In this document: positions 48,711 to 63,329 of the stretch, piece after piece | How positions within the stretch are numbered: the stretch's first letter is position 1 | How the letters are laid out: every line of letters starts with the position of its first letter | Assembly: GCA_011109175.1 (NCBI GenBank) | Contig: RDEW01000002.1 | Coordinates: forward strand, 1,337,584 to 1,401,583 | DNA length: 64,000 nt | Source: Dicyema japonicum | Lineage: Eukaryota > Animalia > Dicyemida | Direction of reading: 5' to 3' | Made by a program: the position numbers and the translations under genes | The notes under the pieces: generated by a model | What the model saw: only the letters and a program-made list of their open reading frames with translations | Databases searched by the model: none | Told to the model about the DNA's origin: nothing

Positions 48711-48769
48711 ACAAAGAAGACTACTGAAGGTTACGCTGCAAAAAATGTAAGATGACTATAATAGAGGGT

Positions 48770-49691
48770 TTAAAATTGGTAAAAGAGTAAGACAAGGATG
48801 CTTATTATCTCTTATCCTATTCAATATTTATGCAGAAGTGATCATGACTAAATTGGATACTGTATCAAATAACGGGATTAAATTTGGAGGCAGGAATATC
48901 AATAATTTGCGCTATGCTGACGATACAACCTTACTGGCTGAAACAGAGGATGGCCTCAAGGAGTTGATTCTTAGATTCAAAGAAGAGAGCGCCGTCTTTG
49001 GTTTATTGCTAAATATCAAGAAGACCAATAATATGACGACTGATAATATTGGAATAATGGAACTAAAATTGGGAATGAGAAAATAGAGTTGCGATAATGT
49101 TGTCTTTCTGGAATGTCTAATCAATCGGAATAGTGACGGAGGCTTGGAAATCAAGAGGCGAATTGCCATGGGAACGCCTTCCAAAGAATGAATAGAATTT
49201 GGAAAAGCAAAGATATTTGCTTTAGGACCAAATGCAGACTGGTTAATGCAATCGTGTTCCCGGTTTTTCTATACGGCGCAGAATCATGGATATTGAAAAA
49301 AACGAATAGACGAAAAATTGATGTTTTTGAACTGTGGTGCTGTGGTTCGTTACTAAGAATCCCTTGGACTTCCAAAATAACAAACACCGATGTACTCAAA
49401 CGGATGGAGACGGACATTTCGCTAAAAGGAAGAATCTTAAAACACAGATTGGCGTTTTTTGGGCATGTTGTTCGCTCTGACTCCTTGGAAATAACCATTA
49501 CGCTGAGCAATATTACTGGGCAAAGAAGACCTGGTCGACCGAGAACTTGGTGGCTATCCACGGTGGAAGATGTCACGGGAATACCTTTATCAAAACCACT
49601 CAAAATCGCGACGGATCTAAGAGAGTTGAGGAAAGTTGTTCATAAGATCTCCAAAGGTCGGACACGACTTAATTGGATAACATAACATAAC
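48770..49691 (+). mobile_element. 5'-truncated RTE (BovB-like) LINE
   Basis: VRQG, NLRYADD, FPVFLYGAESW, FELWC, GQRRPGRP; (ATAAC)3 tail at 49677-49691. Confidence 0.85.
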
Positions 49692-50571
49692 AGTTTTTGG
49701 AAAGATTCTCACTACAAGTTGAATTAGGAACATTAATAAACTACTCCTCTGTTTTAAAGATTTTGGTTTGAAGTAGTAATGAAGGACTCTGATTGATTCC
49801 ATGCAGTTTGGGGACTTTTGTTGACTTCAACATTTCCAGGTTATCTGTTGAAAGTTTCAGTATTCGAATTCTGAGACGAAGAAAGGCCTTGCCTCTGTTG
49901 TCGCAGATTAATGCTAGTTTGTGGTTTTGAGGATATTAGAATTCAATACATTCTGCGGTATTTTTTAACAACCCAAACTCTCTGACGTCAAACGTTAATG
50001 CTAGTTTGTGGTTTTGAGGATATTAGAATTCAATACATTCTGCGGTATTTTTTAACAACCCAAACTCTCTGACGTCAAACGTTTGACAAACTCAAAGAAG
50101 GTCCACGTATTAATCCGTTCGTGATGTACTCTATTCTTTTCACTTAATTATCGAATTGTGCTAATTTTCAACTTTTTTTAGAACAGTGACTTTTTGTGAT
50201 TTGGCTTATTTAGTTTGTAGTTATTAGAAAAAGATAATTCAGTTTCATAACCATAACTGTTGGTTTTGTGGATAATTTTCTAAATAGTGATGAGGTTAGA
50301 TATTTTAATGACATTAATGCAGAAATTTGTCAGATTTTATAAGTTAATGTGAATTGGTTAAAGTTTAATGTAGGTACAATATTTTCTTATTGACTATGGT
50401 TGATAGGATTTTTGGTTTTTTGTTATAAAAATGTCAAATTGATTATCCTTTAGTTTATCGATTACATTTTTGAGAATTTGAGTATGAAAATTTTATGCAT
50501 AAATTATTTCACGCAATGACGTATCCAATTTTAATAAATTTGAATTTATCGTTAGGATATAATAAATTCGA

Positions 50572-53500
50572 ATGTTTTCCTCATCAGAAGGAAGCGATCA
50601 GTGTTTTCTACAAATCGGGGATATCGTTAGCTTACATCTTCAAAGCGACGACAACGGTTTCTTATCTACTTTGGGGTAAACATCCTTTAAGCTATAACTC
50701 ATTTAATTACTATTATCTACCAACTTGCGTAATTTAACAATTTCGTAGACTTGCTGATGATCGATGCATGGTAAATCCTTCGGCTGGGAATCCATCTTGT
50801 CCACCAAACAAATTTAGAGGTATGTGATTGCTTTAATTTTAGATTGTCATTTCAAGATTTTACCAATGAATAAGTATTCCGCCAAAAAACAGTTTAATAT
50901 GGCATGTAAAAGTCAAAATATAGACGGAAACAGTCAACATTTTCTGAAAAAACTCGACGTAAGTATATTCTCAATTTCAGGATGCTGCCAAACTTGAGAG
51001 TAAACATAACGAGATTATCAACGAAAAATTACAAGGGACGGTCGTTCAATATGGAAATGTGATACAGGTTACCCTATATTTACCTAAATATCAGTTTCTT
51101 CACATTAAAAGCAACAAATTTATATCCTGCAGCAAGCGAGTTCAAGCATCCCTTGAAAAAAAGGCATTATCAGTCTATCTCAGTCGCCAATCTAAGGATG
51201 AGTCTTGGTTCGTGTTGCTCCCTCATTACAAACTACGAGCAAATGGGGATAATGTATTAAAACCTTAAAATTATTTTTAGGTTATTATCGGAGATAATCT
51301 GATACTAAAACCAGTTGGACTTAATATTTATCTCCACGTGAGTAATCTAGAACTCAATGATCATCCTGGTTGTAAGGAAGTAACTGGAAAATTAATTTTA
51401 CAGGTAAATTGTCTACAACAAATAACTCCATGGAAAATTCTACTTTTTTTAAAATATTCAGAAAACTCAGAAGAGTTCATTAAAGGGGTCATCTTATCTG
51501 TTAATTAATACAGGGAGATGTTGTACGTCTGTTCCATGCTGAACAAGAAAAGTACCTCACCAGTGATCGATATAAGAAAAAGCAGTACGTGTTTTTAAGA
51601 ACAACTTGGCGTCTGTCGGCAACGACTGCTACAAGTTCTCAAGCTTTGTGGGAAATTGAAGTATACAATTTTATATTAATAGATCGTCAAAAATGACCCA
51701 TGTCGGGGTAGTCCTGGTCAGTGGAATAGTTTTTATAGATTCAAACATCTTGCTTCTGGACATTATCTTGCTGTTGAAGTTGATAATTCGCTTTCATTTG
51801 ACAATAAAAGTGATGATAATTATGCTATTTCTTACACTCTTGTTTGTGTCCCCCATGGAAATGAATTTTCAACTTTATTTGAGCTGGATCCAACTTCACC
51901 AAGTCGAAGAAGTTTTCTTGTTCAACGGTAAACCTAATGATTACTTGCAGAGATTCATACATCAGACTTTTTCACACGGCCACAAAAACATGGATTAGAA
52001 GCACTTCGATTCCAATAGATAAAGACCAGGAAAGGCCAATTATGAATAAGGTTTCCTTAAGTGATGAAATCTCAGGTTTCCTGTATTCATCAGAAAGACG
52101 ACAAGGAAGCATTCGCCTTCTTGGTCGTATCCAAACAGGAGGTCAGAGATTTAGATTTTGCGAATGACACTTGCCAGCATCTCGAAAATATTTCTAAAAA
52201 GATGAGAATTAGTCTATTGACTCCAAAGGAACAAAAGTCACATTTTGTCTCATTTTAGAATGACTGAGAATATTCTGAAAGAATTAATATTTTTTATTGG
52301 ACATTTGGAAGACCAATCTCATAATTTGGACGCTGTAGAGATTCACCCTTCCAGAGTCAAATGTGACAGAGACAGACAAAAGTTAATCCGTGAACAAAAT
52401 TGTCTTACATGGGTTTTAACGTAAAATATTACGATAGGTCATTGGGATCATGCAGTCCCCGTTTGGAGGAAAAACTCCTCATACTGACTACCTAAAAGAC
52501 AACAGGTGTCACTACTACATAACAATCTGTCAGCTTTGTTACCGACTAATAAACTTAGCCCAACATAATTATAGGAAAAATCAGGTATTTATATTTAATC
52601 TATTCAGGAATGGATTGCCATGAACATTGGGTTTATGCAATCTCAAATCGGTCACGGCGTGTTTGCTGAGGACACAATCACTTTACTATTACACAATAAC
52701 GTAAAACTATTAAAAAATTTAATAAAAACACAAGAAGTTAACACATTCATTGACTTGGCTCGATCAAATAAATCATACAAGTCGTTGATTAATAAATAAA
52801 TTAGATTTTTGGATTATTTATCAGCACTTTGTATATCAAATAATACAGCGGTCCCTGAAACTCAAGAATTGATATGCAAATGTCTGTTTAATCAGGATTG
52901 TAGCGATGTTCTGATAAAGACAATGTATTAGATTTATATATTTGAGAATCTCTAAAAATAACGAAAAGTTTTCTGGTCAAAATATGATCAAATTTTATGC
53001 GGAAAGCGTAGATGACGAATGCAATGAAGATGTTTACATTATTATAGATAAAAAACATAAAATTCTGAGACAAGTCCAAAAAAGTGCAAACAGTGGGAAC
53101 AATGATGACATAAATATTATCGAATACTATCAGTTTACAAGCAATAATATTTAGGCATCAAATCGACCTTTACTCGTACATGTGTTTTGATCGTCAATAT
53201 ATAGCAATAAATCACCTTTCCGAGGAACTCACAATGGGAATACTAATTGAGTAATGTTAATTAGTAATTTAAGGTGTATTAACGATCCATTACTGTCTTA
53301 CAATTTACGATCATCATTTTGCAGATTGTTACTTCATCTCCATATAATCAGAGACCCACAAGAACTCGCAATGCCAGTAAAATATACACGGATTTGGTGT
53401 ACAAAGGCTAATATGAATTACTTTAAGTATTGTGAGTGTATTCATATATAGAAACAGCATGAATTCTCAATACTCAAATGAAAACTTTTCTAATCTTTGT

Positions 53501-56500
53501 GAATTCATCAAACAGTTTATCATTGATATGCGCAATTCTGAGAATCAGTTTATAAATGAAAGCAAAAATGAGTTTATTTACGAGGTTTGATTAATGTCAT
53601 GTTAGATTATTAATATTACAAAACATATGGTTTATTTTGGATTTTTTAATTCTCTAACGCTCAACGAAATGGCGAAATCATTGCTAATAATAATAAACAT
53701 GGAGGCTGAGAGAAACGTAAAGACAAACATAAAAGTCTTCAGTAAATTAATATTTTCCATTTCCTAGAATATATGAAGAGTAAAAAGGACAGACAATATT
53801 CGTGGTATGAAGATAACAGAAGTATACTAAAGAAATCAAACCAAGAAAGAATTTTTGATATCAAAACAAGAATCATCGAAATATTACAAGTAAATATTGA
53901 TGTTACAGACTAATGAATTATTTTAGTTTATAATCAGCACTCATTTGAACATTTCCATTTCACAGATTTTATCTTTCTTTTACGACTTGATAGACAAAAA
54001 TATAGAAATACCAGACATTCTCACAAAGAGGATTGAAGAATTATATTTGAATGAGTAATATTTATACAAATTTTAGGGAGAAAACCGTAAATAGTCAGTT
54101 TTATGTTGAAAACAGTAAATTATTTTTGCAAGTTGTGATTAGTCTTCTCATGGATGATAATTCTGATCTTGTCTCATGGGCACTTGAGCTACTTTTCAGA
54201 ATTTTCTCTATATTCAACGACACTGTATCCGCTTTAAAAGAGGTTTCATGTTCTGATTTAGTCATAGGTCCAGTTATTGACCACACAGGAAGACACTAAC
54301 AATTATTATCAAATAAAAAGAGATCTCTGTCGTCTTAGAATATTAGTCGACAAATCTGAATTGTGGATATACAAGAAACAACGGAAAAGGCCCAAATCCC
54401 CTGAATGCTGTAAAGAGGTCAATATATGTCTGATTATTAGATAATATTAATTGATGAAAACTTTAAAGAACAAGGAGAACGACTAACAAGCGGAAAAGAT
54501 AATTTTATACACTCAGACAACGTTTAATATTAAAATATTACCTTTAAGAGTTTACTAGCGATTTCTGACATCGAAGACTTTTCCATTGATAAAGTCTCCC
54601 AAGAAAATTATGCTTTGGTCCTCGAAGTTCACTTATAAATAACTTGAGATTTTGGAAAGATTGGGGTCATTTTGTGTCTCAATATCTGAAAATACAAAAA
54701 ATATAATTAATTATGAAAATCAAAAACTATTAAAAAACTTGAACGCGCACAAAATAATAACTGACCTTCTAAAAATTTCTTATGAAAAGGTTATTTACTT
54801 TGATCACATTAGCAGGAAGACTTATTAATGGAAGATATTATGACTTCCGCACATGTGGCTCTTCAAAATTTTTGTCGAAATAATAAAATGAATCAGGAAA
54901 TACTTTACAAAGAAATTGAGTCAATATTAGAATTTAATGTATAATCGTTTAATTATTTCAGATTGACGGAATTATTACGGCTACAGCGATTGTAAAAGAT
55001 AATATAAAATTATGCGAAGATATTTCTCCATCAATTGTTAAAAAAGTTATTTCAAAAATTGATCTCTCAAATTATAATCATGAATATTTAGTCTTTCTCC
55101 AAAAAATAATTTTCGCTGATAACGAATCAATATCACGAAATCAGGAGTATATTCTAAAAGAAGTATCGTTTTGGTTATTTTGTAGTTACTAAACAATGAC
55201 GTATATTTGTTACTCAATGAGAAGGAAATACATGAAAACCTTGATAAACTCGTGTCAGAAGTGTCTTCCACAACAAACCAACGAATTTTACCCAAAAAAC
55301 TGAAATATCACATTGAAATGATAAACTTATTAACAATGATAACAGAAGGAAAAAACGTGTTTACAGAATTAAAATGCCAATCTCTTATTACGACTGATGA
55401 TATAAAAATAGTTTTAAATACTAAAAACAATATTCCTGAACTGAAACTATCATATTGCTTTTTTATGCTTCACTGTTATATCGACACTGAAGTTGAGGCC
55501 AAGGAATTTTACCAGAATTCAACAGTTTGGGACATTTTTGAAATTTTAGTTGATGATATTGAACAGGTATTACATAATTAAGCATTAAAGTATGTTGAGG
55601 ATTGTGAAAGTAGTCAAACAATTTGTAAGGAAGAGGTTGATTACATATCAACATTGATGCTAGAAATATTCACATCATTTTTTTCTTGCAGTTTTCTTCA
55701 TTTTAGTGGAGCCTTACAAGTATTAAAATATTATTTAGGTTAGGTAAGACAATCATTTTGCCAGAAATTGGTCAACGCAATAATATCTATTTATGAATGC
55801 AAAAAAGTGGACCCGAAAATGATGAATTCTTCAATAGCATGTCTCAAGTCAATTTGGGATCTTTGTTACCATTTTTTCAGCATTTCTAGATGTTGTTCGG
55901 CACATTGTTCTAATTCCAGAAATTGAGACGAAAATCTCTTCAATTTTCAATACAAAGTATTTGATGAGCAAATCATCAATAATGTGGAAAACAAATCACA
56001 AAAACGCTATGAAAGCAAAAAAATCAACAATTGAACCAGGAATTGGGGATATATTTAATGTAAATTTGCGGAATGATTTAGATTACTGTCGATAAAATGA
56101 CGAAAAATTTCGAGGAATATTCTAAAATTGAAAAATCGGCTTTGATTGATATTTTCTATAATCCAGAATTATGTGTTCCAAACATGTCCCCGTTGTATAA
56201 TTTTTACAGTAATGGAAAACTTATTTCCATGTAAAATTATCAATTAATTTATAGACTGATTAATCACATATCAAACAAAGCAAAGGAAAACAAAGACGTA
56301 GATTTGATTTGCAAAGTTTTGGATGTTTTTGTTTCAATGATATATTCAAACAATAATGATTACTCACAAGTAAACTGTATTTTATAAGTTAGCAAAATTG
56401 GCTCAGAAATAAACTGATAACTCGTTATTTTGAGAATACAAATCTTTCAATGCTTGATAATGACAATCTTCTACCAAAAAGTCGAGGTCTTTACCAAATC

Positions 56501-59500
56501 CAAGTAAGGCGTACAAAGTAATATTAGTCACATTTGAACGAAAAGGGGATTTCTATGCTTTTCGTGGAATTGATTGTACACAGTTCTTCTAATAAACTAT
56601 TTTCTAAGGCTATTGAATTGGGTATTGCAATTTTAGAGGGGGGAAACAGTGACGTTCAGGTATTTGTTTAAATGGTAAATCTAGAAAACATTGTATAAAA
56701 ATATAGTTGAAAGTAAACATTCAGACATTTTCTTTCAAAATATTAAAAAATACATGGAAAAATCCCGCAAATCAGCCGCTCATATTTGCATAAAACCACC
56801 GATAGATGAACTCACGGAATTAAGTCTAAACTAATAATCATATTATAGAAAAAAGAAACAGCAGTGAATGTCACAAACTTGACAATTTACTCAAATCGTT
56901 AAATATTATAAAAAATAAGAGATCAACGTTTTATTATATTTTTAAATATTAGAAATGAACCGTCTCTTCTTGATGGGCAACACAAGGAGTCATTGGAGAT
57001 TATAGTCCCCATATTACGGTTTCTACAACTTTTATGTGAGAACCACAACAGTGAAATGCAAGTTGAAGGTATTTAAACTTTTAGAACATGCTGAGAGTTC
57101 AAAATAATAAAACCTCTTATAATTTTATTGTGGAGACGTTGATGTTCCTTGAAACAATGTTTGGAGGTATGACTGGTGGACTGGGTTTATTGGGAATATA
57201 TATTAATGAAAATAACATCGACATAATAAATCAGACAATGATCACTTTGACAGAGTTTTGCCAGGGACCTTGTCATGAAAACCAGGTTATCGTTAAAATT
57301 ATATCATAGATTGCAATCGTGTCCCATGAGTGTAATGGAATCGACATTATTAGTGCTTTATTGATAAACGATATACTTCCTTTGGCTGTGTCTCATCCAG
57401 ATCTTGTTTATAAGCTAAAGGTTAATTATAAATTATGATTTGTAGGATACTGCCTCTAAATTGTTGTTGGCTATAATGGAAAGCAGATCTGATTTTGAGA
57501 TTTCCGAGAGAATTAATAATTCTATTAATCCTAAACAATTGGTTTTAAGTTTACATATTTCAGCTTGACGTTGCTAGAAATGCCTACTATCACGGAGAAA
57601 ATGAAATAAACTGCATATCCCCCATCTCAGTAGGTCACAATGTTTACATTTTGGCTTATCAAGTAAATAATAAGATAATTAAGCTTTCTCGTCACAACAA
57701 AGAAATTGAACATTTGATAGAAAGAGACATTCAAAATGATCCTGCTATCCAGTATTATTACTCAAGGACTTCTCAGATTGAAGTTTTTGGACTTTTATAT
57801 TAAAGATTGTGAGAAGCGATCGAACAATCGAAACGTACGTCTTTCCAATCCCAAACCTTTCCAAATATTTGACTAAGGAAACCAAAATGAGGGTATTTTT
57901 GGAGACTGAAAAAGACGACAAACATGGGAAAGTATCTAACTTTTTCAATCAAACTGATAACATGTATAAGGAAATGCTGTGGCAAAAGAAATTACGATGT
58001 AAGTTTATGTATATTATTAGATAACCACCTCCTGTTTTATATAAGCAAAAATGAAACTTATTTGAACAAAATGGCCTTTCTATTGGCAATATTCATCAAT
58101 CTGGTAGTTGCCTTTTGTTACCCCTTTGATGGAAATTCAGAATGTTAGCTGTTATGTAATTTTTAGCTTTATTTTACAAATATTCAAATTTTGTTAGCAT
58201 CATATTTCTGATTTCTATTGTTAGTCTTGCTTGGTTCAATAAGTTTTCGTATTTAACGGGAATATTTTTCTGTGTGATTATAAAATTAAACTTTCTTCTT
58301 GGAATGAAAGCAGTAATCATATTTCTGGGATTAACAAATGTAATTAAGATTATTCTAATTTTTAGTTTCTTGTTAAATTAGTTCATTTGATAGCAATATT
58401 TGGAAATTTAGGAACCTTTAGTTTCGAGGTAATTTTTAAAAACAAAATTATCACATATAATGGAATTTACTTGTTTCTGTGTCTCATTGGCCTATTTTAC
58501 CACGAGTTAATTTACAGTCTTCTTGTATTATGGATTATTACATTTAGCTTCTTGATGTGGTCTCAAGGGAAGAGACACTTTACAACGTCATCAGATCAGT
58601 TACTCGAAATGGCCGATCAATCATTCTTACTGGAGTATTGGCTGTGATTTTGATTTATCTTTTCTCGATTGTTGGATTCCTCTTATTTAGGGATGATTTC
58701 CTTTTGGATGTTCAGATTGCTAATAAATTTACAGGTTTTAACTTTTTTAATTCAGATAATACCATGGATTTGAATGAAATAACTACAACGGAAGTTACTG
58801 AAAAAGGATGCACTACATTACTGATGTGTCTTCTCACAACACTGAATAACGGATTCCGGAGTGGAGGTGGAATCGGTGATATCCTTAGAACTCCTAGTAC
58901 TGAGGTATGCTATATCTTAATTATTCAAGGAACTCTCATTTGTGCCTAGAATTGTCTATGATTTACTTTTCTTTTTTATTATTATAGTAATCATCCTTAA
59001 TCTGATCTTTGGTGTGATTATTGATACATTCGCCGATCTAAGATCAGAAAATCAACAAAAAGAAGATATTTTACGGAATACGTGTTTTATATGCGGTTTA
59101 CAATACATTTATTAAAGGGCTACATCGGGTAGCATTTGATAACAAAAAGATCACTTTTGAGCAGCATATAAACTCTATTCACAACATGTGGCATTATTTA
59201 TACTTTATTGTGCTAATAAAAACTAAAGATTCGACTGAATTTACAGGTCCTGAAAGTTATGTTCACATGATGATTGAAGTGAACATTTAACTAACTCATA
59301 GAGTCGAAAATTGGATTGGTTTCCAAGAATGCAAACGGTCTCGTTGGACAACGACAGTGAGGACGAAGAAGAGAATATCATACTAAGGAAAGAACTTGAT
59401 AAAATAAATGATAATATTTCAGTTTTATAGTTGTTCTAATTTTGCAGAAAATAAATTGCCATATTGAAGAAATAAAAGCGCATTTATCTCTATCCTACAA

Positions 59501-59534
59501 TGGTTTAAATGGCAATAACTTTATTACAGATTAA
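50572..59534 (+). CDS. ITPR1: Inositol 1,4,5-trisphosphate receptor; dozens of mostly 22-27-nt introns (at least 18 in the first 2.9 kb, not all enumerated)
   Basis: [70 protein letters not shown], pore [44 protein letters not shown]. Paralogue number cannot be assigned. Confidence 0.93.
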
Positions 59535-59629
59535 TATGCGTGTATAATAAATATCAACTAACATTTCATTTCTCTTGGAAAATTCCTTTTGTTAAATTAT
59601 TTATATTTTGTTTAGACGATGCTATATGC

Positions 59630-60400
59630 TGGAATTCTTTCAAAGATTTTCTAGTGTCATCTAGCCAACATCGCCGTGCCTGTTTTTTGTCGGGAGCGTC
59701 TTCCAAGAGCGGTGCCTGGCTCAACGCCATTCCCAATGGAGATCAGGGTACCTTCCTGGATGATGAATGCGTCCGTATTGGGATCTCATTGCGACTGTGA
59801 TTAAAAGTCTGTGTTCCACATCCTTGCCGATGCGGAGACCATATCGACTGTTTTGGCTTACACCTTCTCTTCTGTAGGAAAAGTGCATGCATATTTCCCA
59901 GACACACGAAATCGTTAGGCGAGTTTTGACGCCTCCGGACAGCCCTCCATGCTCGAACCGGTCGGTCTTCACAGGCGGGAAGGGAAACGACCAGATGAGA
60001 TCACAATCTTCCCTTTTGAAGCCGGGAAACCTCTTGACTAGGACGTTACCTGCACCGACACATTTTCCTCTTGCAACCTCTACTCCAGAGTGGTTCTGAA
60101 GCCTGTTCTGTCGCTGAGAAGGCAGAGAAGATGAAACGGGAAAAGTATGCGGTCCTACCCAAGGATTTTTTGTTTGTTTCACTCATCATTGAGATATTTG
60201 GTTCCCTTGTGCCTGCGACGCTGGAATTCTTGAGTCATCTAGGGAATCGGACAGCTACACGAACAGGAGACCCTCGTGAGCGCTGCTGGTTATTTGAGCG
60301 AATCTCGCTCGTTATCCTGAGAGGGAATAGCCACGCAGTCAGGACAGCCGCTATATAACCGTTTACTCTTTTCTGTAATAAATTGTTTAAATTTTGTTTA
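59630..60400 (+). mobile_element. CRE-like element 3' fragment, decayed
   Basis: SGAWLNAIP, RIGISLRL, GKRPD, WLFERISLVILRGNSHAV. Confidence 0.8.
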
Positions 60401-60719
60401 CTAAATAAACAAAATTTGACAAATTATGTTATTCAATTTATTTATGAAATACACAAAAAAGTAAAAATTAGATAATCCATAAAAACGAGTTAAGCACTTC
60501 ATGGAAGTTTCTGAATTTTTGATCGAAGAGAGTATATATATAGTTTCCACAAGTCTGATTCTCTCAAATCTCTAGAGGATCTTATCAGATAGACGATTGA
60601 AGAAATCATCAATCTGATATTGAGGACTGTCCTAGGAAAGCTCTTGATAAGGTTTGGGGAATAAGCTGGTCCCAAGGAAAGCTCCTGATAATAATTATTA
60701 TTATTGAAAAGCACTCCCG

Positions 60720-61200
60720 AGAAAACATAAAATTATTTAAGTTTCTCTTGTGCCGTATTCCTAATCATCATCTCCGTCACCCTCGACCATGATCCTCAGT
60801 TGCGCGCTAGTTCCCTTATGTAATCCAGGTCGTCCGCCGAAGTTGGTCTCATATCAACCGGCGATAGGTCTTAGTTCAAGATAGTCCTTTCGTATTACTA
60901 TAGTTCTTTTCGTTTTGTCTGGGTTTACAACCAGGAACCAGACTTCCAAATCTTGAAAAATCCTTCCAACACGTTAGTGAACATTCTTTTCCCGGAGAGG
61001 TCTTAGTCTCCAGGTATATTTGAATCGGATTGCCTGGATACGCCTTGTCTGTTTTGCACCTCTTATCTTCGCGATGACTCGGTCTCCCAATTCGAGAATG
61101 CAACTTTCCTTGGCTCTCCTCTAAACAGCAATAAGTTGTCAGCTCTCTCGGAAAAAATACATCAATCCACCAATTCACATCAAATTTACATTTCGAGGAC
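60720..61200 (-). mobile_element. RTE LINE 3' fragment
   Basis: TCWKDFSRFGSL, ..ELARN..W and TAQEKLK C-terminus resembling the other RTE copies. Confidence 0.6.
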
Positions 61201-61895
61201 TCCTAATTCACTTTATATTTTTGAGGAATTTTCACCTATGTTTATCTATCGAATAGATGACTCTTTTCTCTTCTAATGACTTTATTCTTCCTTAGGATAT
61301 TGCACTTTTGAGAGCCATTGAAAGAAGATGAGGAATCCCGTTGAAGAAACGCTCGGCAATTCTAAGATAAAACTGGATGTATTAATTGCAAACTGCTTCT
61401 TCGCGATGGAAAAATCGGAACATGCTCACATCTACAACTCGCCATTTTGACTGTCCTATCTTTGACATATGCTTCAAGTTGTTTCACATACCAGATACAA
61501 CGCAAAATTAACTGATCGGAGGCAGAATTTTATGCATAACTTGGGATGTTTGGACACGACTGGGTGTTTGATTCCCGAAGAACGACAGGTTTTTAAACTC
61601 AAAAAACTCATAAGAGTTAAAAAATGTGCAAGATTTACATCATCTAGTCAATTCACAAAAAGAGATAGGAATACGATGGTCCAGCCAATTCACAAAAAGA
61701 GATAGGAATACGATGGTATTTATATTACATATCAGTTTAAGGATCGAATAAAAAAGTACTAAGTAGTAGGACACTTTTCGAGAATAATTGTAGAGTAAAA
61801 AAATTATATAAATATATAACTGAAGATCTATATCATTGAAAAAAACATCATCTATAAAGATCTATATCAAAAAAACAATATATTAAGAATTTTGG

Positions 61896-63290
61896 TTGAA
61901 GTGGTGACGTGCTTCTGTTTTTCTTCTCTAGAAAAATTCATGTCTTTATCATATATCGTAATCTCTCTGAACACTCACTCATGGATTTTTGTAATTCATC
62001 AAATCTTTATCTATGCAAAAAAACAATATATTAAGAATTTTGGTTGAAGTGGTGACGTGCTTCTGTTTTTCTTCTCTAGAAAAATTCATGTCTTTATCAT
62101 ATATCGTAATCTCTCTGAACACTCACTCATGGATTTTTGTAATTCATCAAATCTCTATCTATGCAATACCACTTTTAAACACCCAGCAAAACATAGAACT
62201 ACCTGGGTTGGCATGAGAAGGTCCAAAGACAAACATACGTGCACATTCAACCAAATAAACTACATTATTTGCCCTATCTCCTTGAAAAGACTTCTGTCTG
62301 ACTCTAGGAGTTATGGAGGAACCACTACTGACAGTGACCATAAGCTAACGGTGGCCAGATTAAATCTCAAACGATACTACGTAATTGAGGCAGTCGAGAG
62401 GGAAAGCTCACCTCTAAATAGACGTTTGGTTGTGGAAATGTTGACTTTTGACACTTGGCAAAAGAGATACAAACAAGATGTCTCTAAACGTTCACGTGGA
62501 GTTGAACCCAGAGGCACCCCCTCGACTGACCTCGGGAAGATCTTGGATATTCTAAAACTGTCGGCGATAGAGACTGTTGGATACCAGGAAAAAGATCAAA
62601 ATAGACGAATAATTCATGACCCCTTAATTCGAGAATTGTCTGAGCAGCAGAAAGAAATACGTTCGAAGCTGGGAAGTTCAAACTCGAATAAATGTGCATT
62701 AAGGAGAAAACGCAATCAAATATCGCATCTGATTAGAAGACGGTCAAATATTCTTTGGCACAAATATTTGGACGATAAAGCAACTGAAATCGAAAACTGT
62801 CAGTATGGAAGGTGAATGTTCTCTGCTGTTAGAGTACTTACACGAGGAACTGCAAAGAAACCACTGAAACTCTGTGACGACGAAGGACAATATCTTCAAA
62901 ACCCTGAGGATTTAAAAAAACTGATTATACACGAGTCGAACGAGCAGAATCAAGGAACGATGAGTGTTGGAGACATACCAAAAAACTCGACTCACTGCTA
63001 GGTGATGCTGAGGATATTTGTCAGAGTGGAACAGATTACGCCATGTAACAGAATAATGGAAGAATATTTCTACTACGCCGGAATTCGCGGATTTCGAGGC
63101 AGACTAAGAAACACACTTCCAACCTGCTTAAAAGATGACTACGAACAAAATAGTCGTAAATTGACAGCGGACGGTCTGGAAAATATTCGAATGAGTGCAA
63201 GGAACTAGATGGCGTGGGCGAGGATGGCGAGGAGGATGGCTGCAAAACATGGCTCAAGCGAACCCGAACCCTTTTTAAACCCCTTTTAGG
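61896..63290 (+). mobile_element. RTE LINE with its RT core deleted and a ~148-bp duplication at the 5' end
   Basis: LCNTTFKHPAKHRTTW, NQINYI, SDHKL, then a jump to WRHTKKLDSLLGDAED and RGRLRNTL. Confidence 0.8.
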
Positions 63291-63329
63291 CGCACGCAAA
63301 ACAAATCTTAACTAACTAATATATTAAGT

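Noticed and set aside
50572-59534. Stop-codon reassignment suggested by fragmented host ORFs
   Set aside because: In the segments traced, every in-frame stop falls inside a GT-AG micro-intron; the standard code suffices.
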